From positions 17,856,001-17,920,000 of the forward strand of contig NC_043007.1 in NCBI RefSeq assembly GCF_006345805.1: 64,000 bases of DNA, given 5' to 3'. This stretch comes from Octopus sinensis (Eukaryota). Every line of letters starts with the position of its first letter. Position 1 is the stretch's first letter. Positions 52,088 through 64,000 of the stretch are shown here, piece after piece. The notes beneath the pieces are model-generated. The model made no database searches, was not told the DNA's origin, and saw only the letters and a program-made list of their open reading frames with translations. Position numbers and translations under genes: made by a program.

Positions 52088-52288
52088 GTTAATCCAAACA
52101 TGAAAACACAAAGAGAAAACACAACAACGCGAGGACGTGGCACAAGTATAGTGTTATTGGACGCTCAGGAAAGGAAAGAAAGGATTTAACGTTTCGAGCG
52201 GAGCTCTTCGTCAGAAACATAGAAAAAGAAAAGATCCAAGGCAGGGAAGACGGAGGAAAAAAATCGCCAACGATACACACGCGGTCAC
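52087..52288 (-). mobile_element. Second Penelope-like pLTR copy with hammerhead core at 52160-52214
   Basis: Minus strand CTGACGAAGAGCTCCGCTCGAAACGTT...GAGCGTC; same 3' end TTTGGATTAACT as the 19353 copy. Confidence 0.7.
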
Positions 52289-52332
52289 ATATTGAATGTG
52301 TATGCATGCATGTATGCATGTATATTTGTGTA

Positions 52333-52434
<102 letters not shown>

Positions 52435-52840
52435 TTAGGTGTACGTAAGTATTTGTAAGTATGTGTTTATATTGATGTACAAATATTTGTGTATTTGTAA
52501 CGGACAATCTTTAGAGTCAGCGGTTACGAATGGTAACGGTTGATGAAAATATATCTTTTTACGCTTAATGAATCTTTACATCGAGAAGCCAAGTGTAACG
52601 TGGTTGTTACCAAAATGTAACGCGTGTGATGTTGAAGAAGACGAAAGAAGAACGGTTGGTCGAAACTGATGTTGACTCCAAATTTTATCTACCGTTACTT
52701 TATGTATAGCCACACACGACGGCGCACGTGTACAATATAATTGAGAGTTCATTTTTCCTTGTATAAGTGTGTACAAGTTCTTGTCATTCTAGTAGTAGGA
52801 AAAAGGTAGATAGAGTGATGCTTGTTAGAAGGGAAAGATG

Positions 52841-53261
52841 GGATCTTTTCGGTTTGAACGGCAGTTTTTAAAAATAATTTTCACGTAACTAAACACTTTT
52901 AAACTTCGTATACTGGTAGAATGTGTTTATAAAACATCTTTTTCTCTTGGCTTTATTGAGAAAATTCTATGGTTTGTAAGATATTTGTTGTTGTTTTCTT
53001 CAATTTCTGCAATTTCAACCAATCAATGACGTCTATTGAGGTGAAAACATTCTGTACCGTATGAATATATCCCTCGTTTAAGAAACAGATTGGGTTTATT
53101 TATATTTCTGAAGAAAAAAAGATACCCTTTCCCCCACCCCTAACTAACCCTAACCCTAAAACAGATTGAAATGCAATAGATCGATACTAGGGTCATAAAT
53201 ATGGGTGACAATTTCATATGACACCGCTAGAAAAAAACTGCCGTTCAAACCGAAAAGATCC
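52841..53261. mobile_element. GGATC-TIR MITE
   Basis: Both TIRs intact; no recognisable TSD. Confidence 0.9.
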
Positions 53262-54599
53262 GTCTCTGGTTATCTCTGGCGACTGCTTTTCACCATCTTG
53301 TATTTATAAGAACACAGACCAGCCAGAAAAAGAGATATATCGTTTAGATAATGGATAAATTAATGTAGGCCGCTCCTTATCTATATCAACTTTTCATGGC
53401 ATAGAAGAGGCTAGAATTTTAAGTGAAAGAAACATATATTGACTTGGCAGTGCCAGGTGTTGAATGTAACTCTAATCCATGCTGTTGAAATGTTAGGGGA
53501 AATTTGCCGATTCAAGTTCGAATCTACTCTATGCCCAAATGAAGTCACTACATAGAAATAGATCCATATAACTACGCACACAAATACGGACACATACACA
53601 CGCGCGCACGTGCACGCAGGCACACGTGCACGTACGCACACATACACACACATAAACGCATACATACATACACGCGCAAAAAATACATAAAAATAAGTGA
53701 TTCAGCGGGAAAAATATTAAAGCAATAAAAAAATTTTCATAGAAACTGCCGAACAAATAATTTCGGTTTTAATACACGAAAGGTCGCCTAAAAGATTATA
53801 AAATGAATAATAGGAATAAATACAAGATTTGATTGTTTGTTTGTTTGTATTATGTATGTATGTATGTATGTATGTATGTATGTATGTATGTATGTATGTA
53901 TGTATGTATGTATGTATGTCTATGTCAGGTCACTTTCGAGTGCTACTGGTAACATGTAACCCAGTACAACCTGTTGCATGGTCGGGTCGTTGGCGACTAA
54001 ACCGGCAACCCCACCAAACTTGCTTGGTGAAGAGGGTGTTTATTGGACACCCTGCGGGATGAGAAGCAAAACCCGTCAAAGGGCGGAGGAACTCTTGAGA
54101 GTCAACGGCCATCCAATAAATGTCTTGAGGCTGTATCATGCGCGGGGACATAGAAATAATCGGACTGAATACCCGATCGCGCGGTTAAACCATTGGGAGT
54201 GAAGGACTCCTAGCCTTTGTTAGGGCATCCTTCTAGGAGAAGGTAACTCAGGTAACTGGGATAACTCCGACATAAAAGCTGCGGCTCAGTGGTTACCGAT
54301 GATGTTGACTTGTTCTTCTTTTCGGATTATGGCTGATGTTGCTTAGTGAGTGGGATTGACTCAGTGCGCAGCCTTTCCTCACTTTAAAAAAAATCTTCTT
54401 GCACAGGCATTGCATGATAACAACATTGCTCATGATTGTTGATGGTGCTGTGAGTCTCATCTGAATGGCTGGCTGTAGCCTTAAAAAGCAAATAAAAGTC
54501 ACATTGGATCACAGCACTAATAACAGTTAAGCTTCGTGCAATGGCCATACTCGATAACGAGGGAGCAGCCATCATGTATGTATGTATATTTATGTGTAT

Positions 54600-54805
54600 A
54601 TGACACTAGGGTTCTTGCTGAAGTTAAGGTCACATCAATCCAAGTCATGCTTCTTAAGAACCAACTTCGATGGAGAGGCCATCTCATACGTATGAATGAT
54701 GAGCGCTTCTTCGTGCAAATTGCTTTATGGTGAGCTTATGGCGGGAAGCAGGAATACAGTAGGCCGAAAAAACAAATTACAGAGACTCATGAAAACCAAA
54801 TCTGA
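54600..54805 (+). pseudogene. RTE ORF C-terminal fragment
   Basis: KNQLRWRGHLIRMNDER...KLLYGELMAGSRNTVGR. Confidence 0.75.
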
Positions 54806-55114
54806 AATGTCTCAGAAGTACTATATCCATATCCATACATGTGCGTGCGTATATATACATGTGTGTGTGTGTCTGTGTGTGTGCATTATAGATGGATAGA
54901 TAGATAGCCAGATGGAAAGATAGATAGATCTGTGCATATGTATGTGCTTGTATGTACGTGTTTGTGTGTGTGCGTGTGTGTGTGCATTATAGATGGATAG
55001 ATAGATATGTGTATATGTATGCGCTTGTATGTATGCGTTTGTGTGTGTGTGTGTGTGTGTGTGTGCATTATAGATAGATAGATCTGTGTATATGTATGCG
55101 CTTGTATGTATGTA

Positions 55115-55163
<49 letters not shown>

Positions 55164-55631
55164 ATGAGTTCAAACACACAAAAGACAAATCAACTAAGAG
55201 AAATAAGTCAGGTGACCAGTGGCATCAATTAGGTCAAGACGGACAAAAAAAAAAAACAATGATACACTAAAAAGCACACAAAACAACTATTTTTGAATTA
55301 TAGAAATTAATCTTCTCTTCGAGAGGACCTAAAAAATATAGGAAGGAAAAAAGTGATCGAATGAAAAGGTGAGATAATTGAAAGAATGAAATATTCTCCT
55401 GAATAGACATGTTATTATGAAAACCACCGACTGGAATTGTTAATTTTATTTGTTTAGTTACTGAGGCGAGCGAGCAGTCATGGACACGTGTTTTCACTTG
55501 AATAGTTGTCTCACACACGTGTTATGAATTGTAAAATTTATTGTATCCAACAATGTGTTATACCAATAACAACTACCACCACCGCCATCTTCACCTAACT
55601 AAATCTAATTTGTTACTATTAATACAAGCCA

Positions 55632-55789
55632 TACTCTTTTTTACTCTTTTACTCGTTTCAGTCATTTGACTGCGGCCATGCTGGAGCACCGCCTTTAATC
55701 GAGCAACTCGACCCCGGGACTTATTCTTTTGTAAGCCCAGTACTTATTCTATCGGTCTCTTTTGCCGAACCGCTAAGTAACGGGAACAT

Positions 55790-55862
<73 letters not shown>

Positions 55863-56429
55863 GAGATAGGGGTTGTAAATTCAACCCTCCATGGGATAGC
55901 ATATATCCAATATACTGCTAGAGAAGTACCCAACAAAGCTAATACATAAATGTTAAAAATTGCGATGCAATTAATTCATTTACTGTATTAGGTGGGCAAA
56001 GGTAAAATTATTTTTACCGTAAATTAATAATACAAAATGAGAAAATGGAGAAACGTATCTAAATCAATCATCAACTATCAGATAATACCGAATCATATAC
56101 TTTATTAAAACACTACACAATAGCAATGAGATTAGACATTAATACAGTACAATAATTACAAACAATAAGGTGAGATATAACTAAATAAATATAACAAGAT
56201 ATAAAAATACATTTACATTATAACTGACAGCTGTTTCGGCCATACAGCTGTCAGTATTTTTATATCTTGTTATATCTATTTAGTTATATCTCACCTTATT
56301 GTTTGTAATTATTGTACTGTATTAATGTCTAATCTCATTGCTATTGTGTAGTGTTTTAATAAAGTATATGATTCGGTATTATCTGATAGTTGATGATTGA
56401 TTTAGATATATTTCCCCATTTTCTCATTT

Positions 56430-56470
<41 letters not shown>

Positions 56471-56590
56471 GACGGGCTTCTTTCAGTTTCCATCTACCAA
56501 ATCCACTCACAAGGCTTTGGTCAGCCCGAGGCTATAGTAGAAGACAGTTGCCCAAGGTGCCACGCAGTGGGACTGAACCCGGAACCATAC
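55632..56590 (-). mobile_element. SINE-A split at its microsatellite (arms ~55632-55800 and 56468-56590)
   Basis: Complementary arms in the same orientation on either side of a ~570-bp insert. Confidence 0.8.
56031..56433. repeat. Fold-back inverted repeat, 180-bp arms, hammerhead half-motif at apex
   Basis: 56031-56210 vs 56254-56433 with few mismatches; apex CTGACAGCTGT-TTCGGCCAT-ACAGCTGTCAG. Confidence 0.92.
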
Positions 56591-56732
56591 CACAAAAAAA
56601 AAAAAAAACTTTACGACCTTAATTCTTCACACTCTTCTACTAGTCTCAAAGCCATGTCATTTTATACAACCTCGCCTTTAAAATACATACTTGCGCCGGA
56701 CAAAATGCTTAGCGGCATTTCTTCCGGCTTTA

Positions 56733-57282
56733 CGAGGGGTGCTGAAAAGTTCCTGGCTTCAAGGGTATCGCGAAAAGCCTGGCTGGAGGTCCAACATTCG
56801 GAGTTCTGATACAGGACTTAGTAAAACTGAAGGGTCCGCTACAATAAGTGTGTGACTCAGAAAGTGGGAATATCTTTATATATAAAAGTGAAGTAGTGTG
56901 AGTGTCTGTCTCCTTCGACTTAGATTCCTAACTACTCCCACATTTTGCGGTGCAGTTTAACCAAAACCGGGTATCTTATAGTCGTGATTCATATCGAGCC
57001 CTTCTGGGTATTAGCGCGCGTCTACGATGAGTCTACGATTTTAAAAAAATTTACCATCATTTTTTTCCATTTTAATTCATTTTTTTCGCTATTATATAAG
57101 GGAAGTAACTCTCTAAAAATGTCTACGATGAGTCAACGATTTAAAAAAAATTTACCATCATTTTTTTTCCATTTTTAATGCATTTTTTGCTATTTTTTGG
57201 CTATAACTCTCTAAAAATGTTATTTCCCTTACAAACCCGAGCAACGCCGGGTGATACTGCTAGTATTGAATATAATCATAAA
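56733..57282 (+). mobile_element. Mariner-type non-autonomous fragment interrupted by a Helitron
   Basis: TA|CGAGGGGTGCTGAAAAGTTCCTGGC resembles a mariner TIR; partner TIR not found. Confidence 0.45.
56873..57263 (+). mobile_element. Non-autonomous Helitron with ~100-bp internal tandem duplication
   Basis: Matches 16259 copy; TC...CTAG; GTCTACGATGAGTC...CTCTCTAAAAAT block occurs twice. Confidence 0.85.
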
Positions 57283-57830
57283 CAAGAGCACTCAGAAAGC
57301 GCAAACCTCCGTTAGGGCAACACCAACGTCCTCTCAACAATTGGCCAGAGATGATTTGTAAAATGAGAATATCTGGAATAAACTCGGCTGTTCTCACAAA
57401 CGAGAATACTAAAAATGAACCAGATCGCTCTCAAAAATTAAGTAAAAAAAAAAAAAAGGTAAAATATTCCAGAATCCTTGTCTAGTACCGGATCGATCCT
57501 AAAAGCTAATCAGTTCGTACCAATCACGAGGCCAAACATACACACACACATTTTTACATGCTGTAATGTTAGATTTGTTCATGTCATAAGACCAGAGCGT
57601 TGCATCGTTATGGCAATATAGATAGACGTCAGTCTCCTTCAGATCCACCTGCAGCCTCCAGTGAACAACACGGATCTTAATTTTTGTTCTCTGGGTCTTC
57701 TTTTTCGTTTGCTTATACATTTACGTTATCATTTTCCCCTTATCTTCGCTCTAGAAAACCCACGTCGTATAGGCGCCATGCATTAACCTGGATGTTTAAG
57801 ACTTGATTATGCGGCTTAGTATGTTCTACC

Positions 57831-58201
57831 GTGGAGGCGCAATGGCCCAGTGGTTAGGGCAGCGGACTCGCGGTCATAGGATCGCGGTTTCGATTCCCAG
57901 ACCGGGCGTTGTGAGTGTTTATTGAGCGAAAACACCTAAAGGGGGATGGTGGTGATCCCTGCTGTACTCTTTCACCACAACTTTCTCTCACTCTTACTTC
58001 CTGTTTCTGCTGTACCTGTATTTTCAAAGGGCCGGCCTTGTCACTCTCTGTGTCACGCTGAATATCCCCGAGAACTACGTTAAGGGTACACGTGTCTGTG
58101 GAGTGCTCAGCCACTTACACGTTAATTTCACGAGCAGGCTGTTCCGTTGATTCGGATCAACCGGAACCCTCGTCGTCGTAACCGACGGAGTGCTTCCACC
58201 G
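57831..58201 (+). mobile_element. SINE-C1 with small internal deletion
   Basis: TSD TGTTCT(A/G)CC (57822-57830, 58202-58210). Confidence 0.9.
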
Positions 58202-58630
58202 TGTTCTGCCATAAAGTACATCCCGTCTTATATGTATATCCTAACTTCAGCATTGGATAGCTTCTACATTAATAACAATCAGACCTATACATCTAGCTCC
58301 ATCGTTTAAAATTCGCTCACCTCCCTTTCATGGAATCCATATACATAATATATATATGCTAAAGAATTCTAGTGGGATTCATAATGCCTACTCAAGTTTT
58401 TACCAAACTTGGTGTGCTGACTTAATGCAATGCAGAAGCAGTATATCTCAAATTTCAGCTTTCAAGTTTAAATATTTTAGGAGTTATAGAGTTTTCAATT
58501 TGTTACCACTTAGACCCTACTTTTGGAAATATCCTCTTCTTCTCCTTTTTATTTCGGTGACGCTAAAAACTCTGAGTATATTAACTGTTTTTCAGAATAG
58601 TAGGCTTATCCAATTGGAATATCTAAAATA

Positions 58631-60350
58631 ATGTCTTATAAGAAACAAAAATATCTGGACGAAGAATCTCGTGCAATTTCAAGACTCACATAGGAAAAGA
58701 AGACCTGTTCCACTAGAAGAGCATTCTTTGAAAAACGACTGCAGGATACCAATGAAACTTCAAATTGTCGGTCGCTACCTGTTCCTTGGAGGTACCATCA
58801 AAGGATGGAAAGAAAGAACAAAGGAAATTTCGAAAGAAGTAACTTTTTTATGGCAAAAGAAATTAAATTTCCCGTATTTATCAATTCAAAATGTATAAGC
58901 AAAAGTAGAAAAGTGTTGAATACCTACGATAAATGTGTAAAACGAGGAAAATACGATTCATTGAAAGGAATTTTTGACATCACAAAGGAGAACGGTGAAT
59001 GGTTGTGCAGTGAAGATAGGTTATATTATCTTCAAATTGAAAACACGGGACAAGTTGGGTATGGAATTGGAAAGGTAGCCAGTCCCAAAACTATCCATCC
59101 ATCCATCCATCCATCCATCCAAAAGAAGAAAAGTGTCCTTAATGCCAAATTCAACCAGAGAAACTCCAGTGTCATCGTCAACGTCTGAAGCAGAGACTGA
59201 AAGTGAATATCAAGAACCCGAAAATTCAGATGAAGAATCCACACACACAAGGAGGAAGTATAGAAAACTGGAACTGCAACCAAATTAGTAATATCTTCCA
59301 AGCTATCAACCTCAAAAGCAACAACAGTTTGTAGACAATTATCTCAAGAGGGAATCAATGTCGAGACTCCTTCCCAATCTGGTATTTACAGATCGACTAT
59401 CAAAGAAAATGTTAAACTAAAAAAAAAAAAATGAAGAAAACACTACATTTAGAAAACTGGTCATTGCATTTTGATGATAAACGTATTGATGACCAAGAAT
59501 ACCAAGTGCTAGTTTTAAAGAATGAACTGGAAGAAGTTAAGTCAGAAGCACTCCAATTACCAAACGGAAAAACCGATACTGTTGAGAAAGGAATAACAGC
59601 TGTTTTAGAAGAATACAAGTTTTGGAACTGTGTAAAGATGAATGTCGCTGATACAACGAGCTTGAACCCTGGGAAAATAAATGGCATTGTCATTCAGTTG
59701 CAAAGACTGTTTGCTCAAAAGGGTTTGAAAGAACTACAATTTATTGGTTGTCAGCATCATTCTTCGTGTTGTAATGGATAACGAACTTGGAGAAAAAAAA
59801 GTCATCTCCCAATATTGAATATGCATTCATCCCAGAGCTTCTAAATAATTACGAGAAACTCCAGGCTAATTTCAATAATGGTGAAGAAAAGATTACTGAA
59901 TTAGCAGGATGGCGAGATGACATGAAATTTCTATTTCATTTGACCAGTGTTTTACGTTTCTTTGAAGAAACCGACAAATTTTTTACTTTAAAGTTTCAAA
60001 AAAATACCCAACTTAAGTAATGCAAGATGGAATTCTCGAGCAATACTAACTCTTGTGGTATTTATTCTTTTACCAGAGAAAAGAGTTTTGCTTCTCAATG
60101 TTTGTCGATTCATCTCTTACAGCTGGGCAAATTTTTCGTTTACTGACCGAATATTAAATGCACATGATTATCAGAAGTTATGTGGTAGCCTGCAAGTTCA
60201 TAAAAAGCATTGAACCATCAAAACTGCAAGTTCCCAGAAGAAATCAGAGTGCAGAACGGGCAGTCAAGTGCCTTCAACATCTTTATGATGTTTGTAAACA
60301 TAAGGAGAAACTTTAGCTTCGATTTATTTTATCTAAAAAAACATTAATTC
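58631..60350 (+). pseudogene. Decayed cut-and-paste DDE transposase, probably a divergent hAT-related type
   Basis: Across frames: LHFDDK, VADTTSLNPG, IGCQHH, ARWNSR, NQSAERAVK; many frameshifts; TIRs not found. Confidence 0.7.
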
Positions 60351-61152
60351 TTTGTTATCTTTAAAAATTTGCTAACATTCAGCTCTCTTTTTCTTTTACA
60401 GTTACTTAAATTTGGAAATAATCTATAAAATTAAAAATATGTATTGTTTTTAATTTTGTATGTTATCGAATGCTTGTAGTGACCTCTGTCTTAAAATGGC
60501 CTAGCTTTGAACCTTTACATAGAGCAATTTCAATTCAGAAATATTAAGAATGTATAAATACACTTTTATACTGGAGCATTATATTTAAATTAAATGCTGT
60601 TCTTAATCTATTTATTTACTTTAGTTGAATTTAATATTAACTTAATATTCGATTCCACTGATGTTCCATTTTCAATACTACTTTTATAGCTGGTACAATT
60701 ATTACCTTGTTGAAATTAACTCCTGATCTCTGGCTTCTCTACCCTATAGCCTTCCTTCTAATGCTTTGTATAATTCTTTGCCGCCTCACACCGTGCTTGA
60801 ATCACAATGCTAAACTGCTATTTTCAGACTTTCTCTTCTTGTTTGCAACAGTTTTTAGTGAGTTTTTAGCCCACTAATTTAATATAATGTCCGGTCATCC
60901 TTCGATAGCTGTAGGAATTAATCCAGCGAGGAACAACAACAATTCGTATGAGTTTTCGAAGACTTCATGTACCTGGTGTATTTATTTCAATCCGGGATGA
61001 GAGCATTTATACACAGCTTGTATATTAACATTTGACAGAACAGACGGATTAACTGGTACTTATTTAATCGACCCCGAAAGGATGAAAGGCAAAGTCGACC
61101 TCGGCGGAATTTGGACTCAGAACGTAGCGGCAGACGAAATACCGCTAAGCAT

Positions 61153-61239
<87 letters not shown>

Positions 61240-61310
61240 AATCTACGTACATACATGCACACATACTTATATACACACACACACGCTCACACACAAACAC
61301 ACACACGTAT

Positions 61311-61642
61311 GTGAAGGCGTATGGATCAATGGTTAAAGCGTCAGGTTCTCAATCGTGAGGGTGTGAGTTCGAATCCCGGACTGGGCTGTGTGTTGTGTTC
61401 TTGAGCAAGACACTTTATTTCATGTTACTCCTGTTCACTCAGCTGTAGAATTGAGCTGCGACACCACTGCTGCCAAGTTGTATCAGCCTTTGCCTTTCTC
61501 TTGGATAACATCGGTGGCGTAGAGACGGGAGGCTGGTATGCATGGGCGACTGCTGGTCTTCCATAAACAACCTTGCTTTGACTTGCGCCTCGGAGGGTAA
61601 CTTTCTAAGTGTAATCCTATGGTCATTCGTGAACAAAGGGGC
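61311..61642 (+). mobile_element. SINE-D
   Basis: GTGAAGGCGTATGGATCAATGG...GAGTTCGAATCCC; matches 13106 copy. Confidence 0.85.
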
Positions 61643-61650
61643 TCATATCC

Positions 61651-61719
<69 letters not shown>

Positions 61720-62255
61720 CACACACACACACACATCTAGTACAGAGATGAGTTTGACATTTATATGAGACGAGAAGACTTAAACACAGATTATAATACC
61801 CTTCCTTCGTCATATCAGATATTACACATAGAGCAGAGAGGTGTACTGTGGATTGCTGGGGTAATCTACCACTCTGGCCCATTGGACTATAGTTTTACGG
61901 GGTTTTTTTCCTCTCTGAAATAAACTTTTGTTTTATCTTTTACAGACATCAACTGAGAGATCAAGAAAAACAACTGCAACAGAAGTACAGAGCCTTAACA
62001 GCATCAGAAGCAACTACTACGGCAACAACTGTGAATATAAAGATTGGCGGAATATCTGTAAGAATTACGGTAATGACTATTGATGTATGAATAGGAACAA
62101 CGCTACCAATGAAACAGAAGTAGCACTAACTGCACTAACATTACGACTGCAACAACAGCTATACCAACTGCACTATCACTAACGACAAAAGCAGCAGCAG
62201 TAGCAGTAGCAGCAGCAGCAAAAAGAACAACAACATCAACAATAATATTATTATA

Positions 62256-62675
62256 TATTTCTTTACTACCCACAAGGGGCTAAACATAGAAGGGACAAAC
62301 AAGGACAGACAAACGGATTAAGTCGATTACATCGACCCCAGTGCGTAACTGGTACTTTATTTATCGACCCCGAAAGGATAAAAAAGGCAAAATCGACCTC
62401 GGCGGAATTTGAACTCAGAACGTAACGACAGACGAAATACCTATTTCTTTATTACCCACTAGGGGCTAAACATAGAGTGGACAAACAAGGACAGACAAAC
62501 GGATTAAGTCGATTATATCGACCCCAGTGCGAAACTGGTACTTTATTTATCGACCCCGAAAGGATGAAAGGCAAAGTCGACCTCGGCGGAATTTGAACTC
62601 AGAACGTAACGACAGACGAAATACCGCTAAGCATTTCTCCCGGCGCGCTAACGTTTCTGCCAGCTCGCCGCCCTT
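62256..62675 (-). mobile_element. SINE-B dimer
   Basis: Units start at 62256 and 62442; 19-bp TSD CAACAATAATATTATTATA (62237-62255, 62676-62694). Confidence 0.93.
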
Positions 62676-62694
62676 CAACAATAATATTATTATA

Positions 62695-63801
62695 ATGTCG
62701 TATTCTGAGGTATCCCGGATTATCGAATTACAAGAGGAACAAGCTCAAACCAATATTCGTTTATCTAATGTAGAAGCAAAGCTTGATCAAGTTCTTCAAC
62801 GTCTTAACCCTATTCAGCAAGTTCGACTGACGGCATTAGAGGGCAAGCTGGATCGTGTTCTAGTACACTTGAGCCCCATTCAGCAGCTCCGCCTCTCTTC
62901 TCTGGAATCTAAGTTAGACCAGGTTTTCCGACATATCGTTAGACAAAGTATTGATCGAGTGCAATATCGACGAGACTCAATCACTGACTCAATATGTACT
63001 GAAGCTACTACCTCAACAAGTAGAACTATTCAACAGAGTAGTGGCCAGCTTTCAACAGGAACCAACAGAACTCCGATAAAATCTCGGACCACTTGTTATG
63101 ATCGTTCCGCCGTTAATCAAATAAAATATGAATGGCTGTTAAACAACCAAACAAATTCTTCTCCGGTCCCTACACGTCTGGACTCGCGGCCATCAACACC
63201 GATCGAGTCATCGAATATTCAGGCACAAGAAGAAAGCCAATCCGGACACAACAGTATGGCGTTGTACGGCTCGGAAATCAGCCAACCCAACTCACCTTCT
63301 CCGAGTCATGGCAGTCGGCCTTCGTCAAGTTTGTCAGTTCAGTTTTGCCAGAAGTCGAGTCTTAACCGAAATCAGACAATTCATTACGGTTCATCTGTTC
63401 AGCATGGAAGTGGTCAGGGATCCCCACAAACCCAGGAGAAAGCAGTGCATCAGTTCGCCAATATCCAAACTTTATCGACGTATGTAAAGCAAAAATTAGA
63501 TTCCAGATATCTGTCTGGTCGTGACCGACAAGAGCTTCGTATTTTGCTTCAGCTTTCAAACTTTGAAAATGTGTTAAGCAATGCTTTGAGAAAAGATGTC
63601 TTGAACAGATTACAAATGTTTAGCGCAGTGGTAACGCATGGATGGTCAGCTGCTTCGAGGATCTCTGCAAGGCAGTCAATCATACTTCAGGATATGACTA
63701 GACGTATGCAGGAAATACAAGTATCCCGTGGAAGTAACCGATTTAAAATATCACGTTTTCATAAACTTGCTCCGAAATCATCTCGAAAGAAAAAAGCTTG
63801 A
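62695..63801 (+). CDS. Intact single-exon 368-aa orphan ORF: N-terminal 22-aa coiled-coil-like repeats, S/Q/P-rich linker, helical C-terminal region, basic tail
   Basis: ATG with A at -3; no stops over 1107 nt; repeats RLxxLExKLDxV with differing synonymous codons; AATAAA at 63939. Confidence 0.7.
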   Translation: MSYSEVSRIIELQEEQAQTNIRLSNVEAKLDQVLQRLNPIQQVRLTALEGKLDRVLVHLSPIQQLRLSSLESKLDQVFRHIVRQSIDRVQYRRDSITDSICTEATTSTSRTIQQSSGQLSTGTNRTPIKSRTTCYDRSAVNQIKYEWLLNNQTNSSPVPTRLDSRPSTPIESSNIQAQEESQSGHNSMALYGSEISQPNSPSPSHGSRPSSSLSVQFCQKSSLNRNQTIHYGSSVQHGSGQGSPQTQEKAVHQFANIQTLSTYVKQKLDSRYLSGRDRQELRILLQLSNFENVLSNALRKDVLNRLQMFSAVVTHGWSAASRISARQSIILQDMTRRMQEIQVSRGSNRFKISRFHKLAPKSSRKKKA

Positions 63802-64000
63802 GAATTATGACATCAACGTTGTCATTAAGCTTTGTTCACAAGTCGGGGCTTGACTGAAATTGTGTGAAATGTGTGAAATTATTCTAAATGGTAAATAAGT
63901 GTGAGAAAACTTGAAGAAGAAAACAACAACGTATGAACAATAAATTCAGTAGGTCATCTCTAAAAACAAACCCTCCCAGTTTATCAAGAAAATAAGGTTG

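Noticed and set aside
57283-57540. Possible Helentron-associated (HINE-like) element starting ACAAGAGC
   Set aside because: Single partial copy with no in-window termini or second copy to support it.
62527-62694. N-terminal 56 codons of the 424-aa ORF in the track
   Set aside because: Antisense SINE-B sequence plus TSD; the same peptide appears at other SINE-B copies. The plausible start is ATG 62695.
63945-64000. Start of a DIRS-type RT ORF after the orphan ORF
   Set aside because: Only a faint VGHL resemblance followed by a stop, and the window ends; unsupported.

Overview
Repeat-saturated, AT-rich eukaryotic DNA. The tRNA-derived SINE families and microsatellite load resemble Octopus genomes (inference; no search run). 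No rRNA, true tRNA gene or CRISPR array was found. Bases 726-10351 are a 54/55-bp satellite with higher-order structure. The rest is a nested mosaic of at least four SINE families, RLE-type (R4/Dong-like) LINE fragments clustered in (AAT)n tracts, Tx1/L1 and RTE fragments, Penelope-like pieces with hammerhead-ribozyme motifs, non-autonomous Helitrons, a MITE family, and decayed Tigger/pogo and hAT-like transposases. The only long intact non-low-complexity ORF is a 368-aa orphan at 62695-63801 whose 22-aa repeats diverge mainly at synonymous sites. Strongest leads: that ORF, the hammerhead-bearing Penelope termini, and a SINE that inserts as fixed-register ~185-bp multimers. Labels SINE-A to SINE-D are mine.
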